From the human T2T-CHM13v2.0 reference genome, Homo sapiens, in the NCBI RefSeq assembly GCF_009914755.1, contig NC_060948.1: a stretch of DNA of 64,000 nt. One strand, 5' to 3'. The translations under genes were made by a program, and so were the position numbers. Shown here in pieces: positions 28,741 to 42,996 of the stretch (the stretch's first letter is position 1; each line of letters opens with the position of its first letter). Under the pieces are notes generated by a model that did not search any database, had not been told where the DNA came from, and was given only the letters and a program-made list of their open reading frames with translations.

Positions 28741-31700
28741 CCTGGAATAAAGTGGAATGCTACGGTCTCGAATGGAATAAAAATGTATGGAATGGAATGC
28801 AATGAAACGGAATCGAATGTCATAGAATGTAATGGAATGCAAAAAAATGGAATCCAAAATCATTGACTGGAAAGGCTGGGTGTCGAAAGGAATTGACTCC
28901 AATGGAATGGAATCGAATGGAATGGAAGTGAATAGAATCGAACTAAATCGAATGGAATGGAATTGATAGGAACGGAATGGAAAGGAATGCAATGATTTGG
29001 CATGGAATGGAATCGAATGGCATCGAATGGAATGGAATGGAATGCAATGGAATGGAATGTATTAGAATGTAATGAACTTTAATGGAATGTACTCGAATGG
29101 ATTCGACTGGAATGGAATGTTCTGGAAGTGAATGGACTCCAATGGAATGGATTCAAAAGGAATGGAATCGTACGGAATGGAATCTAATGGAATGGAATTA
29201 AATGGAAATGAATCAAATTGAATAGCACGGAATTGAATTGAATGGAATGGAATGCAATGGAATCTAATGAAACGGAAAGGAAAGGAATGGAATGGAATGG
29301 AATGGGCTGGAATGGAAAGGAATCGAAACGAATGGAATGGAATCGAACTGAAGAGACTGGAATGGAATGCACTGGAATGGAAGGGAGTGTAATGGAAGGT
29401 TGTCGAAAAAAATGGAATCGAATGGAATGGAATTGAATGGAACGGAATAGAGTCGAATGGAATTGAATGGAATGGAATGGACTAGAGTGAAATGGAATCG
29501 AACCACAAGGAATGGACAGGAATAGAATGGTCTCGAATTGAATGGAATCGTATGGAATGGCATCAAACGGAATGGAATGGACAGCCACGGAATGGAATGC
29601 ACTCGAATGCAATGGAGTCGAAACTAATGGACTGGAATAGAATGGACTCGACTGGTACGGACTCCAATGGAATGGAATCGAATGGAAGGGAATCGAACGG
29701 AATGGAATCGAACGGAATGGACTCGAAGGGAAAAGACTGCAATGGAAAGGTCTCGAATGGAATGGAAATTAATGGAATGGAATGGAATCGAATGAAATGG
29801 AGTCAAAAGGAATGGAATCGAATGGCAAGAAATCGAATGTAATGGAATCGCCAGGAATTGATGTGAACGGAACGGAATGGAATGGAATCCAAAGGAATGG
29901 AATAGAATGGAATGGAATCGAATGGAAAGGACTCGAATGGAAATCACTCGAATAGAATGCAATTTAATAAAATAGGATCAAATGTAATGGAATGGAATGG
30001 AAAGGAATCGAAACGAAAGGAATGGAGACAGATGGAATGGAATGGAACAGAGAGCAATGGTATAGAATGGAATGGAATCATCTGGAATGGAATTGAATGG
30101 AATGGAATAATATGAAATGGAATGGAATGGAATGGAATGGAATGCCCTTGAATTAAATGGACTGGAATGGAATGGACTCAAACAGAGTGGAATGGAAAGT
30201 GTGGAGATAGAATGGAATGAACTCCTTTGGAATGGTGTAGTATGCAATGCAATCGACTGGCAGGGAATCAAAAGGAATGTAATCGAATGGATTGGACTGG
30301 AATGCAATGGACTCGAATAGATTGGAAACGGAATGCAAAGGAATGGAATGGAATAGTATGGAATGCAATGGAAGGGAATGGAGTGGAATAGACTAGAGTG
30401 GAATGGAATGGACTGGAAAGCAATGGACTGGAATGGAACTTTCTTGGATGGACTGGAATCAAACGGAATGGAATGCAGTGCAATCAAATGGCATGGAATA
30501 AAATAGAATGAAAGAGAATCAAATGGAATTGAATCAAATGGAATCGAATGGACTGGAAAGGAATAGAATGGAATGGAATGGAATTGACTCAAATGGAATG
30601 GACTAGAATGGAATGGATTCGAATGGAAGGCAAAGGAATGGAATCTATTGGAATGGACTGTAATGGAATGGAATGGAAGGGATTGGAATGGACTCGAATG
30701 GAATGGACTGCAATAGAAAGGATTCGAATGGAATGAAAAAGAATTGAATGGAATAGAACAGAATGGAATCAAATCGAATGAAATGGAATGGAATAGAAAG
30801 GAATGGAATGAAATGGAATGGAAAGGATTCGAATGGAATGCAATCGAATGGAATGGAATCGAACGGAATGGAATAAAATGGAAGAAAACTGGCAAGAAAT
30901 GGAATCGAAATGAATGGAGTGTTATGGAACGGACTCAAAAGGAATTGAATGTAATAGAATGGAGTGGAGTGGACTCGAATATAATGGACTGGAATGGAAT
31001 GAAATCACATGGAATGGGAACGAATGGAATGGAATGGAAAGGAATGGAATCGAATGGAAAGGAATCGAATGGAAGGGAATGAAATTGAATCAACACGAAT
31101 GGAAGGGAATAGAATAGACTGTAATGGAATGGACTCGAATAGAATGGACACGAATGCTCAAATTAAATGGACTCGAATGGAATGGAAACGAAAGGAATGT
31201 CATCGAATGGAATTGAATCGATTGGAATGAAATCGCATAGAATGGAGTGGAATCAAATGGAATTGAATCGAAAGGAAAGGAAGCGAATGGACTGAAATGA
31301 AATGGAATGGAATTGAATGGAAAGTAATGCAATGGAATAGAATGGAACGAAATTTCACGGAATGGAATCAAACTGAATGGAATCAAATCAATGGAATCAA
31401 ATCAAATGGAATGGAAAGGAATTGAATGGAGTAGATGGGATTGGATGGGATTGGAATGAAATGTACTGGAAAGGACTCGAATTTCATGAAACGGAATGGA
31501 ATGAATTGGAACGGAATGGACTCGAATGGAATGGAATGTCATGGGATGGCATCAAATGGAATGGCATCAAATGGAATGGAATCGAATGCAATGGAATGCT
31601 ATGGAATGGAATGGAATGCATTGGAATGGAATGTCCTCTAATGGAATGGATTCGAGTGGAATGGAATTGAATATAATGGAGTCGAATGAAATGGAATTGA

Positions 31701-32299
31701 AAGGAATGGGATCGAATACAATGGAATATACTGGAATGTAACGTAATGAACTCGAATGTAATTGACTGGAATGGAATGTAAATGAATGGAATGTAATCGA
31801 ATGGAAAGTAATCCAATGGAATAGAATCTAATGCAATAAAATCGACTCAGATAGAGTAGAATGTAATGGAATGGAGTGCAGTGCAATGGAATGGAATGGA
31901 ATGGAATGCAATGGAATGGAATGGAATGGAATGGGATGGAATGGTATGGAATGGATAGTAATAGACTGGAGTGAAATGGACTGGAAAGGAATGGACTCAA
32001 ATTGAAAGGGCTCGAAAGGAATGGAGTCAAATGGAATGGTCTGGAATGGAATGAACACGAATGTAATGCAACCCAATAGAATGGAATCGAATGGCATGGA
32101 ATATAAAGAAATGGAATCGAAGAGAATGGAAACAAAGGGAATGGAATTGAATGGAATGGAATTGAATGGAATGGGAACGAATGGAGTGAAATTGTATGCA
32201 GTAGAAGAGAATAGAATGGAATGCAAGCGAAAGGAAAGGAATGGATTGGAATGGAATGGAATTCATTGGAATGGAAGGGAATGTAGTGTAATGGACAGG
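28741..32299. repeat. DYZ1 unit U9 (3559 bp)
   Basis: HaeIII interval; long allele, n=4. Confidence 0.93.
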
Positions 32300-35200
32300 C
32301 CTGGAATAAAGTGGAATGCTACGGTCTCGAATGGAATAAAAATGTATGGAATGGAATGCAATGAAACGGAATCGAATGTCATAGAATGTAATGGAATGCA
32401 AAAAAATGGAATCCAAAATCATTGACTGGAAAGGCTGGGTGTCGAAAGGAATTGACTCCAATGGAATGGAATCGAATGGAATGGAAGTGAATAGAATCAA
32501 ACTAAATCGAATGGAATGGAATTGATAGGAACGGAATGGAAAGGAATGCAATGATTTGGCATGGAATGGAATCGAATGGCATCGAATGGAATGGAATGGA
32601 ATGCAATGGAATGGAATGTATTAGAATGTAATGAACTTTAATGGAATGTACTCGAATGGATTCGACTGGAATGGAATGTTCTGGAAGTGAATGGACTCCA
32701 ATGGAATGGATTCAAAAGGAATGGAATCGTACGGAATGGAATCTAATGGAATGGAATTAAATGGAAATGAATCAAATTGAATAGCACGGAATTGAATTGA
32801 ATGGAATGGAATGCAATGGAATCTAATGAAACGGAAAGGAAAGGAATGGAATGGAATGGAATGGGCTGGAATGGAAAGGAATCGAAACGAATGGAATGGA
32901 ATCGAACTGAAGAGACTGGAATGGAATGCACTGGAATGGAAGGGAGTGTAATGGAAGGTTGTCGAAAAAAATGGAATCGAATGGAATGGAATTGAATGGA
33001 ACGGAATAGAGTCGAATGGAATTGAATGGAATGGAATGGACTAGAGTGAAATGGAATCGAACCACAAGGAATGGACAGGAATAGAATGGTCTCGAATTGA
33101 ATGGAATCGTATGGAATGGCATCAAACGGAATGGAATGGACAGCCACGGAATGGAATGCACTCGAATGCAATGGAGTCGAAACTAATGGACTGGAATAGA
33201 ATGGACTCGACTGGTACGGACTCCAATGGAATGGAATCGAATGGACGGGAATCGAACGGAAGGGAATCGAACGGAATGGACTCGAAGGGAAAAGACTGCA
33301 ATGGAAAGGTCTCGAATGGAATGGAAATTAATGGAATGGAATGGAATCGAATGAAATGGAGTCAAAAGGAATGGAATCGAATGGCAAGAAATCGAATGTA
33401 ATGGAATCGCCAGGAATTGATGTGAACGGAACGGAATGGAATGGAATCCAAAGGAATGGAATAGAATGGAATGGAATCGAATGGAAAGGACTCGAATGGA
33501 AATCACTCGAATAGAATGCAATTTAATAAAATAGGATCAAATGTAATGGAATGGAATGGAAAGGAATCGAAACGAAAGGAATGGAGACAGATGGAATGGA
33601 ATGGAACAGAGAGCAATGGTATAGAATGGAATGGAATCATCTGGAATGGAATTGAATGGAATGGAATAATATGAAATGGAATGGAATGGAATGGAATGGA
33701 ATGCCCTTGAATTAAATGGACTGGAATGGAATGGACTCAAACAGAGTGGAATGGAAAGTGTGGAGATAGAATGGAATGAACTCCTTTGGAATGGTGTAGT
33801 ATGCAATGCAATCGACTGGCAGGGAATCAAAAGGAATGTAATCGAATGGATTGGACTGGAATGCAATGGACTCGAATAGATTGGAAACGGAATGCAAAGG
33901 AATGGAATGGAATAGTATGGAATGCAATGGAAGGGAATGGAGTGGAATAGACTAGAGTGGAATGGAATGGACTGGAAAGCAATGGACTGGAATGGAACTT
34001 TCTTGGATGGACTGGAATCAAACGGAATGGAATGCAGTGCAATCAAATGGCATGGAATAAAATAGAATGAAAGAGAATCAAATGGAATTGAATCGAATGG
34101 AATCGAATGGATTGGAAAGGAATAGAATGGAATGGAATGGAATGGACTCAAATGGAATGGACTAGAATGGAATGGATTCGAATGGAAGGCAAAGGAATGG
34201 AATCTATTGGAATGGACTGTAATGGAATGGAATGGAAGGGATTGGAATGGACTCGAATGGAATGGACTGCAATAGAAAGGATTCGAATGGAATGAAAAAG
34301 AATTGAATGGAATAGAACAGAATGGAATCAAATCGAATGAAATGGAATGGAATAGAAAGGAATGGAATGAAATGGAATGGAAAGGATTCGAATGGAATGC
34401 AATCGAATGGAATGGAATCGAACGGAATGGAATAAAATGGAAGAAAACTGGCAAGAAATGGAATCGAAATGAATGGAGTGTTATGGAACGGACTCAAAAG
34501 GAATTGAATGTAATAGAATGGAGTGGAGTGGACTCGAATATAATGGACTGGAATGGAATGAAATCACATGGAATGGGAACGAATGGAATGGAATGGAAAG
34601 GAATGGAATCGAATGGAAAGGAATCGAATGGAAGGAAATGAAATTGAATCAACACGAATGGAAGGGAATAGAATAGACTGTAATGGAATGGACTCGAATA
34701 GAATGGACACGAATGCTCAAATTAAATGGACTCGAATGGAATGGAAACGAAAGGAATGTCATCGAATGGAATTGAATCGATTGGAATGAAATCGCATAGA
34801 ATGGAGTGGAATCAAATGGAATTGAATCGAAAGGAAAGGAAGCGAATGGACTGAAATGAAATGGAATGGAATTGAATGGAAAGTAATGCAATGGAATAGA
34901 ATGGAACGAAATTTCACGGAATGGAATCAAACTGAATGGAATCAAATCAATGGAATCAAATCAAATGGAATGGAAAGGAATTGAATGGAGTAGATGGGAT
35001 TGGATGGGATTGGAATGAAATGTACTGGAAAGGACTCGAATTTCATGAAACGGAATGGAATGAATTGGAACGGAATGGACTCGAATGGAATGGAATGTCA
35101 TGGGATGGCATCAAATGGAATGGCATCAAATGGAATGGAATCGAATGCAATGGAATGCTATGGAATGGAATGGAATGCATTGGAATGGAATGTCCTCTAA

Positions 35201-35858
35201 TGGAATGGATTCGAGTGGAATGGAATTGAATATAATGGAGTCGAATGAAATGGAATTGAAAGGAATGGGATCGAATACAATGGAATATACTGGAATGTAA
35301 CGTAATGAACTCGAATGTAATTGACTGGAATGGAATGTACATGAATGGAATGTAATCGAATGGAAAGTAATCCAATGGAATAGAATCTAATGCAATAAAA
35401 TCGACTCAGATAGAGTAGAATGTAATGGAATGGAGTGCAGTGCAATGGAATGGAATGGAATGGAATGCAATGGAATGGAATGGAATGGAATGGGATGGAA
35501 TGGTATGGAATGGATAGTAATAGACTGGAGTGAAATGGACTGGAAAGGAATGGACTCAAATTGAAAGGGCTCGAAAGGAATGGAGTCAAATGGAATGGTC
35601 TGGAATGGAATGAACACGAATGTAATGCAACCCAATAGAATGGAATCGAATGGCATGGAATATAAAGAAATGGAATCGAAGAGAATGGAAACAAAGGGAA
35701 TGGAATTGAATGGAATGGAATTGAATGGAATGGGAACGAATGGAGTGAAATTGTATGCAGTAGAAGAGAATAGAATGGAATGCAAGCGAAAGGAAAGGAA
35801 TGGATTGGAATGGAATGGAATTCATTGGAATGGAAGGGAATGTAGTGTAATGGACAGG
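32300..35858. repeat. DYZ1 unit U10 (3559 bp)
   Basis: HaeIII interval; long allele, n=4. Confidence 0.93.
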
Positions 35859-38800
35859 CCTGGAATAAAGTGGAATGCTACGGTCTCGAATGGAATAAAA
35901 ATGTATGGAATGGAATGCAATGAAACGGAATCGAATGTCATAGAATGTAATGGAATGCAAAAAAATGGAATCCAAAATCATTGACTGGAAAGGCTGGGTG
36001 TCGAAAGGAATTGACTCCAATGGAATGGAATCGAATGGAATGGAAGTGAATAGAATCGAACTAAATCGAATGGAATGGAATTGATAGGAACGGAATGGAA
36101 AGGAATGCAATGATTTGGCATGGAATGGAATCGAATGGCATCGAATGGAATGGAATGGAATGCAATGGAATGGAATGTATTAGAATGTAATGAACTTTAA
36201 TGGAATGTACTCGAATGGATTCGACTGGAATGGAATGTTCTGGAAGTGAATGGACTCCAATGGAATGGATTCAAAAGGAATGGAATCGTACGGAATGGAA
36301 TCTAATGGAATGGAATTAAATGGAAATGAATCAAATTGAATAGCACGGAATTGAATTGAATGGAATGGAATGCAATGGAATCTAATGAAACGGAAAGGAA
36401 AGGAATGGAATGGAATGGAATGGGCTGGAATGGAAAGGAATCGAAACGAATGGAATGGAATCGAACTGAAGAGACTGGAATGGAATGCACTGGAATGGAA
36501 GGGAGTGTAATGGAAGGTTGTCGAAAAAAATGGAATCGAATGGAATGGAATTGAATGGAACGGAATAGAGTCGAATGGAATTGAATGGAATGGAATGGAC
36601 TAGAGTGAAATGGAATCGAACCACAAGGAATGGACAGGAATAGAATGGTCTCGAATTGAATGGAATCGTATGGAATGGCATCAAACGGAATGGAATGGAC
36701 AGCCACGGAATGGAATGCACTCGAATGCAATGGAGTCGAAACTAATGGACTGGAATAGAATGGACTCGACTGGTACGGACTCCAATGGAATGGAATCGAA
36801 TGGACGGGAATCGAACGGAAGGGAATCGAACGGAATGGACTCGAAGGGAAAAGACTGCAATGGAAAGGTCTCGAATGGAATGGAAATTAATGGAATGGAA
36901 TGGAATCGAATGAAATGGAGTCAAAAGGAATGGAATCGAATGGCAAGAAATCGAATGTAATGGAATCGCCAGGAATTGATGTGAACGGAACGGAATGGAA
37001 TGGAATCCAAAGGAATGGAATAGAATGGAATGGAATCGAATGGAAAGGACTCGAATGGAAATCACTCGAATAGAATGCAATTTAATAAAATAGGATCAAA
37101 TGTAATGGAATGGAATGGAAAGGAATCGAAACGAAAGGAATGGAGACAGATGGAATGGAATGGAACAGAGAGCAATGGTATAGAATGGAATGGAATCATC
37201 TGGAATGGAATTGAATGGAATGGAATAATATGAAATGGAATGGAATGGAATGGAATGGAATGCCCTTGAATTAAATGGACTGGAATGGAATGGACTCAAA
37301 CAGAGTGGAATGGAAAGTGTGGAGATAGAATGGAATGAACTCCTTTGGAATGGTGTAGTATGCAATGCAATCGACTGGCAGGGAATCAAAAGGAATGTAA
37401 TCGAATGGATTGGACTGGAATGCAATGGACTCGAATAGATTGGAAACGGAATGCAAAGGAATGGAATGGAATAGTATGGAATGCAATGGAAGGGAATGGA
37501 GTGGAATAGACTAGAGTGGAATGGAATGGACTGGAAAGCAATGGACTGGAATGGAACTTTCTTGGATGGACTGGAATCAAACGGAATGGAATGCAGTGCA
37601 ATCAAATGGCATGGAATAAAATAGAATGAAAGAGAATCAAATGGAATTGAATCGAATGGAATCGAATGGATTGGAAAGGAATAGAATGGAATGGAATGGA
37701 ATTGACTCAAATGGAATGGACTAGAATGGAATGGATTCGAATGGAATGCAAAGGAATGGAATCTATTGGAATGGACTGTAATGGAATGGAATGGAAGGGA
37801 TTGGAATGGACTCGAATGGAATGGACTGCAATAGAAAGGATTCGAATGGAATGAAAAAGAATTGAATGGAATAGAACAGAATGGAATCAAATCGAATGAA
37901 ATGGAATGGAATAGAAAGGAATGGAATGAAATGGAATGGAAAGGATTCGAATGGAATGCAATCGAATGGAATGGAATCGAACGGAATGGAATAAAATGGA
38001 AGAAAACTGGCAAGAAATGGAATCGAAATGAATGGAGTGTTATGGAACGGACTCAAAAGGAATTGAATGTAATAGAATGGAGTGGAGTGGACTCGAATAT
38101 AATGGACTGGAATGGAATGAAATCACATGGAATGGGAACGAATGGAATGGAATGGAAAGGAATGGAATCGAATGGAAAGGAATCGAATGGAAGGGAATGA
38201 AATTGAATCAACACGAATGGAAGGGAATAGAATAGACTGTAATGGAATGGACTCGAATAGAATGGACACGAATGCTCAAATTAAATGGACTCGAATGGAA
38301 TGGAAACGAAAGGAATGTCATCGAATGGAATTGAATCGATTGGAATGAAATCGCATAGAATGGAGTGGAATCAAATGGAATTGAATCGAAAGGAAAGGAA
38401 GCGAATGGACTGAAATGAAATGGAATGGAATTGAATGGAAAGTAATGCAATGGAATAGAATGGAACGAAATTTCACGGAATGGAATCAAACTGAATGGAA
38501 TCAAATCAATGGAATCAAATCAAATGGAATGGAAAGGAATTGAATGGAGTAGATGGGATTGGATGGGATTGGAATGAAATGTACTGGAAAGGACTCGAAT
38601 TTCATGAAACGGAATGGAATGAATTGGAACGGAATGGACTCGAATGGAATGGAATGTCATGGGATGGCATCAAATGGAATGACATCAAATGGAATGGAAT
38701 CGAATGCAATGGAATGCTATGGAATGGAATGGAATGCATTGGAATGGAATGTCCTCTAATGGAATGGATTCGAGTGGAATGGAATTGAATATAATGGAGT

Positions 38801-39417
38801 CGAATGAAATGGAATTGAAAGGAATGGGATCGAATACAATGGAATATACTGGAATGTAACGTAATGAACTCGAATGTAATTGACTGGAATGGAATGTACA
38901 TGAATGGAATGTAATCGAATGGAAAGTAATCCAATGGAATAGAATCTAATGCAATAAAATCGACTCAGATAGAGTAGAATGTAATGGAATGGAGTGCAGT
39001 GCAATGGAATGGAATGGAATGGAATGCAATGGAATGGAATGGAATGGAATGGGATGGAATGGTATGGAATGGATAGTAATAGACTGGAGTGAAATGGACT
39101 GGAAAGGAATGGACTCAAATTGAAAGGGCTCGAAAGGAATGGAGTCAAATGGAATGGTCTGGAATGGAATGAACACGAATGTAATGCAACCCAATAGAAT
39201 GGAATCGAATGGCATGGAATATAAAGAAATGGAATAGAAGAGAATGGAAACAAATGGAATGGAATTGAATGGAATGGAATTGAATGGAATGGGAACGAAT
39301 GGAGTGAAATTGTATGCAGTAGAAGAGAATAGAATGGAATGCAAGCGAAAGGAAAGGAATGGATTGGAATGGAATGGAATTCATTGGAATGGAAGGGAAT
39401 GTAGTGTAATGGACAGG
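35859..39417. repeat. DYZ1 unit U11 (3559 bp)
   Basis: HaeIII interval; long allele, n=4. Confidence 0.93.
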
Positions 39418-42400
39418 CCTGGAATAAAGTGGAATGCTACGGTCTCGAATGGAATAAAAATGTATGGAATGGAATGCAATGAAACGGAATCGAATGTCAT
39501 AGAATGTAATGGAATGCAAAAAAATGGAATCCAAAATCATTGACTGGAAAGGCTGGGTGTCGAAAGGAATTGACTCCAATGGAATGGAATCGAATGGAAT
39601 GGAAGTGAATAGAATCGAACTAAATCGAATGGAATGGAATTGATAGGAACGGAATGGAAAAGAATGCAATGATTTGGCATGGAATGGAATCGAATGGCAT
39701 CGAATGGAATGGAATGGAATGCAATGGAATGGAATGTATTAGAATGGAATGAACTTTAATGGAATGTACTCGAATGGATTCGACTGGAATGGAATGTTCT
39801 GGAAGTGAATGGACTCCAATGGAATGGATTCAAAAGGAATGGAATCGTACGGAATGGAATCTAATGGAATGGAATTAAATGGAAATGAATCAAATTGAAT
39901 AGCACGGAATTGAATTGAATGGAATCGAATGCAATGGAATCTAATGAAACGGAAAGGAAAGGAATGGAATGGAATGGAATGGGCTGGAATGGAAAGGAAT
40001 CGAAACGAATGGAATGGAATCGAAGTGAAGAGACTGGAATGGAATGCACTGGAATGGAAGGGAGTGTAATGGAAGGTTCTCGAAAAAAATGGAATCGAAT
40101 GGAATGGAATTGAATGGAACGGAATAGAGTCGAATGGAATTGAATGGAATGGAATGGACTAGAGTGAAATGGAATCGAACCACAAGGAATGGACAGGAAT
40201 AGAATGGTCTCGAATTGAATGGAATCGTATGGAATGGCATCAAACGGAATGGAATGGACAGCCACGGAATGGAATGCACTCGAATGCAATGGAGTCGAAA
40301 CAAATGGACTGGAATAGAATGGACTCGACTGGTACGGACTCCAATGGAATGGAATCGAATGGAAGGGAATCGAACGGAAGGGAATCGAACGGAATGGACT
40401 CGAAGGGAAAAGACTGCAATGGAAAGGTCTCGAATGGAATGGAAATTAATGGAATGGAATGGAATCGAATGAAATGGAGTCAAAAGGAATGGAATCGAAT
40501 GGCAAGAAATCGAATGTAATGGAATCGCCAGGAATTGATGTGAACGGAACGGAATGGAATGGAATCCAAAGGAATGGAATAGAATGGAATGGAATCGAAT
40601 GGAAAGGACTCGAATGGAAATCACTCGAATAGAATGCAATTTAATAAAATAGGATCAAATGTAATGGAATGGAATGGAAAGGAATCGAAACGAAAGGAAT
40701 GGAGACAGATGGAATGGAATGGAACAGAGAGCAATGGTATAGAATGGAATGGAATCATCTGGAATGGAATTGAATGGAATGGAATAATATGAAATGGAAT
40801 GGAATGGAATGGAATGGAATGCCCTTGAATTAAATGGACTGGAATGGAATGGACTCAAACAGAGTGGAATGGAAAGTGTGGAGATAGAATGGAATGAACT
40901 CCTTTGGAATGGTGTAGTATGCAATGCAATCGACTGGCAGGGAATCAAAAGGAATGTAATCGAATGGATTAGACTGGAATGCAATGGACTCGAATAGATT
41001 GTAAACGGAATGCAAAGGAATGGAATGGAATAGTATGGAATGCAATGGAAGGGAATGGAGTGGAATAGACTAGAGTGGAATGGAATGGACTGGAAAGCAC
41101 TGGACTGGAATGGAACTTTCTTGGATGGACTGGAATCAAACGGAATGGAATGCAATGCAATCAAATGGCATGGAATAAAATAGAATGAAAGAGAATCAAA
41201 TGGAATTGAATCGAATGGAATCGAATGGATTGGAAAGGAATAGAATGGAATGGAATGGAATTGACTCAAATGGAATGGACTAGAATGGAATGGATTCGAA
41301 TGGAAGGCAAAGGAATGGAATCTATTGGAATGGACTGTAATGGAATGGAATGGAAGGGATTGGAATGGACTCGAATGGAATGGACTGCAATAGAAAGGAT
41401 TCGAATGGAATGAAAAAGAATTGAATGGAATAGAACAGAATGGAATCAAATCGAATTAAATGGAATGGAATAGAAAGGAATGGAATGAAATGGAATGGAA
41501 AGGATTCGAATGGAATGCAATCGAATGGAATGGAATCGAACGGAATGGAATAAAATGGAAGAAAACTGGCAAGAAATGGAATCGAAATGAATGGAGTGTT
41601 ATGGAACGGACTCAAAAGGAATTGAATGTAATAGAATGGAGTGGAGTGGACTCGAATATAATGGACTGGAATGGAATGAAATCACATGGAATGGGAACGA
41701 ATGGAATGGAATGGAAAGGAATGGAATCGAATGGAAAGGAATCGAATGGAAGGGAATGAAATTGAATCAACAGGAATGGAAGGGAATAGAATAGACTGTA
41801 ATGGAATGGACTCGAATAGAATGGACACGAATGCTCAAATTAAATGGACTCGAATGGAATGGAAACGAAAGGAATGTCATCGAATGGAATTGAATCGATT
41901 GGAATGAAATCGCATAGAATGGAGTGGAATCAAATGGAATTGAATCGAAAGGAAAGGAAGCGAATGGACTGAAATGAAATGGAATGGAATTGAATGGAAA
42001 GTAATGCAATGGAATAGAATGGAACGAAATTTCACGGAATGGAATCAAACTGAATGGAATCAAATCAATGGAATCAAATCAAATGGAATGGAAAGGAATT
42101 GAATGGAGTAGATGGGATTGGATGGGATTGGAATGAAATGTACTGGAAAGGACTCGAATTTCATGAAACGGAATGGAATGAATTGGAACGGAATGGACTC
42201 GAATGGAATGGAATGTCATGGGATGGCATCAAATGGAATGGCATCAAATGGAATGGAATCGAATGCAATGGAATGCTATGGAATGGAATGGAATGCATTG
42301 GAATGGAATGTCCTCTAATGGAATGGATTCGAGTGGAATGGAATTGAATATAATGGAGTCGAATGAAATGGAATTGAAAGGAATGGGATCGAATACAATG

Positions 42401-42996
42401 GAATATACTGGAATGTAACGTAATGAACTCGAATGTAATTGACTGGAATGGAATGTACATGAATGGAATGTAATCGAATGGAAAGTAATCCAATGGAATA
42501 GATTCTAATGCAATAAAATCGACTCAGATAGAGTAGAATGTAATGGAATGGAGTGCAGTGCAATGGAATGGAATGGAATGGAATGCAATGGAATGGAATG
42601 GAATGGAATGGAATGGAATGGAATGGAATGGGATGGAATGGTATGGAATGGATAGTAATGGACTGGAGTGAAATGGACTGGAAAGGAATGGACTCAAATT
42701 GAAAGGGCTCGAAAGGAATGGAGTCAAATGGAATGGTCTGGAATGGAATGAACACGAATGTAATGCAACCCAATAGAATGGAATCGAATGGCATGGAATA
42801 TAAAGAAATGGAATCGAAGAGAATGGAAACAAAGGGAATGGAATTGAATGGAATGGAATTGAATGGAATGGGAACGAATGGAGTGAAATTGTATGCAGTA
42901 GAAGAGAATAGAATGGAATGCAAGCGAAAGGAAAGGAATGGATTGGAATGGAATGGAATTCATTGGAATGGAAGGGAATGTAGTGTAATGGACAGG
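39418..42996. repeat. DYZ1 unit U12 (3579 bp)
   Basis: HaeIII interval; long allele, n=8; mosaic variant pattern. Confidence 0.93.
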
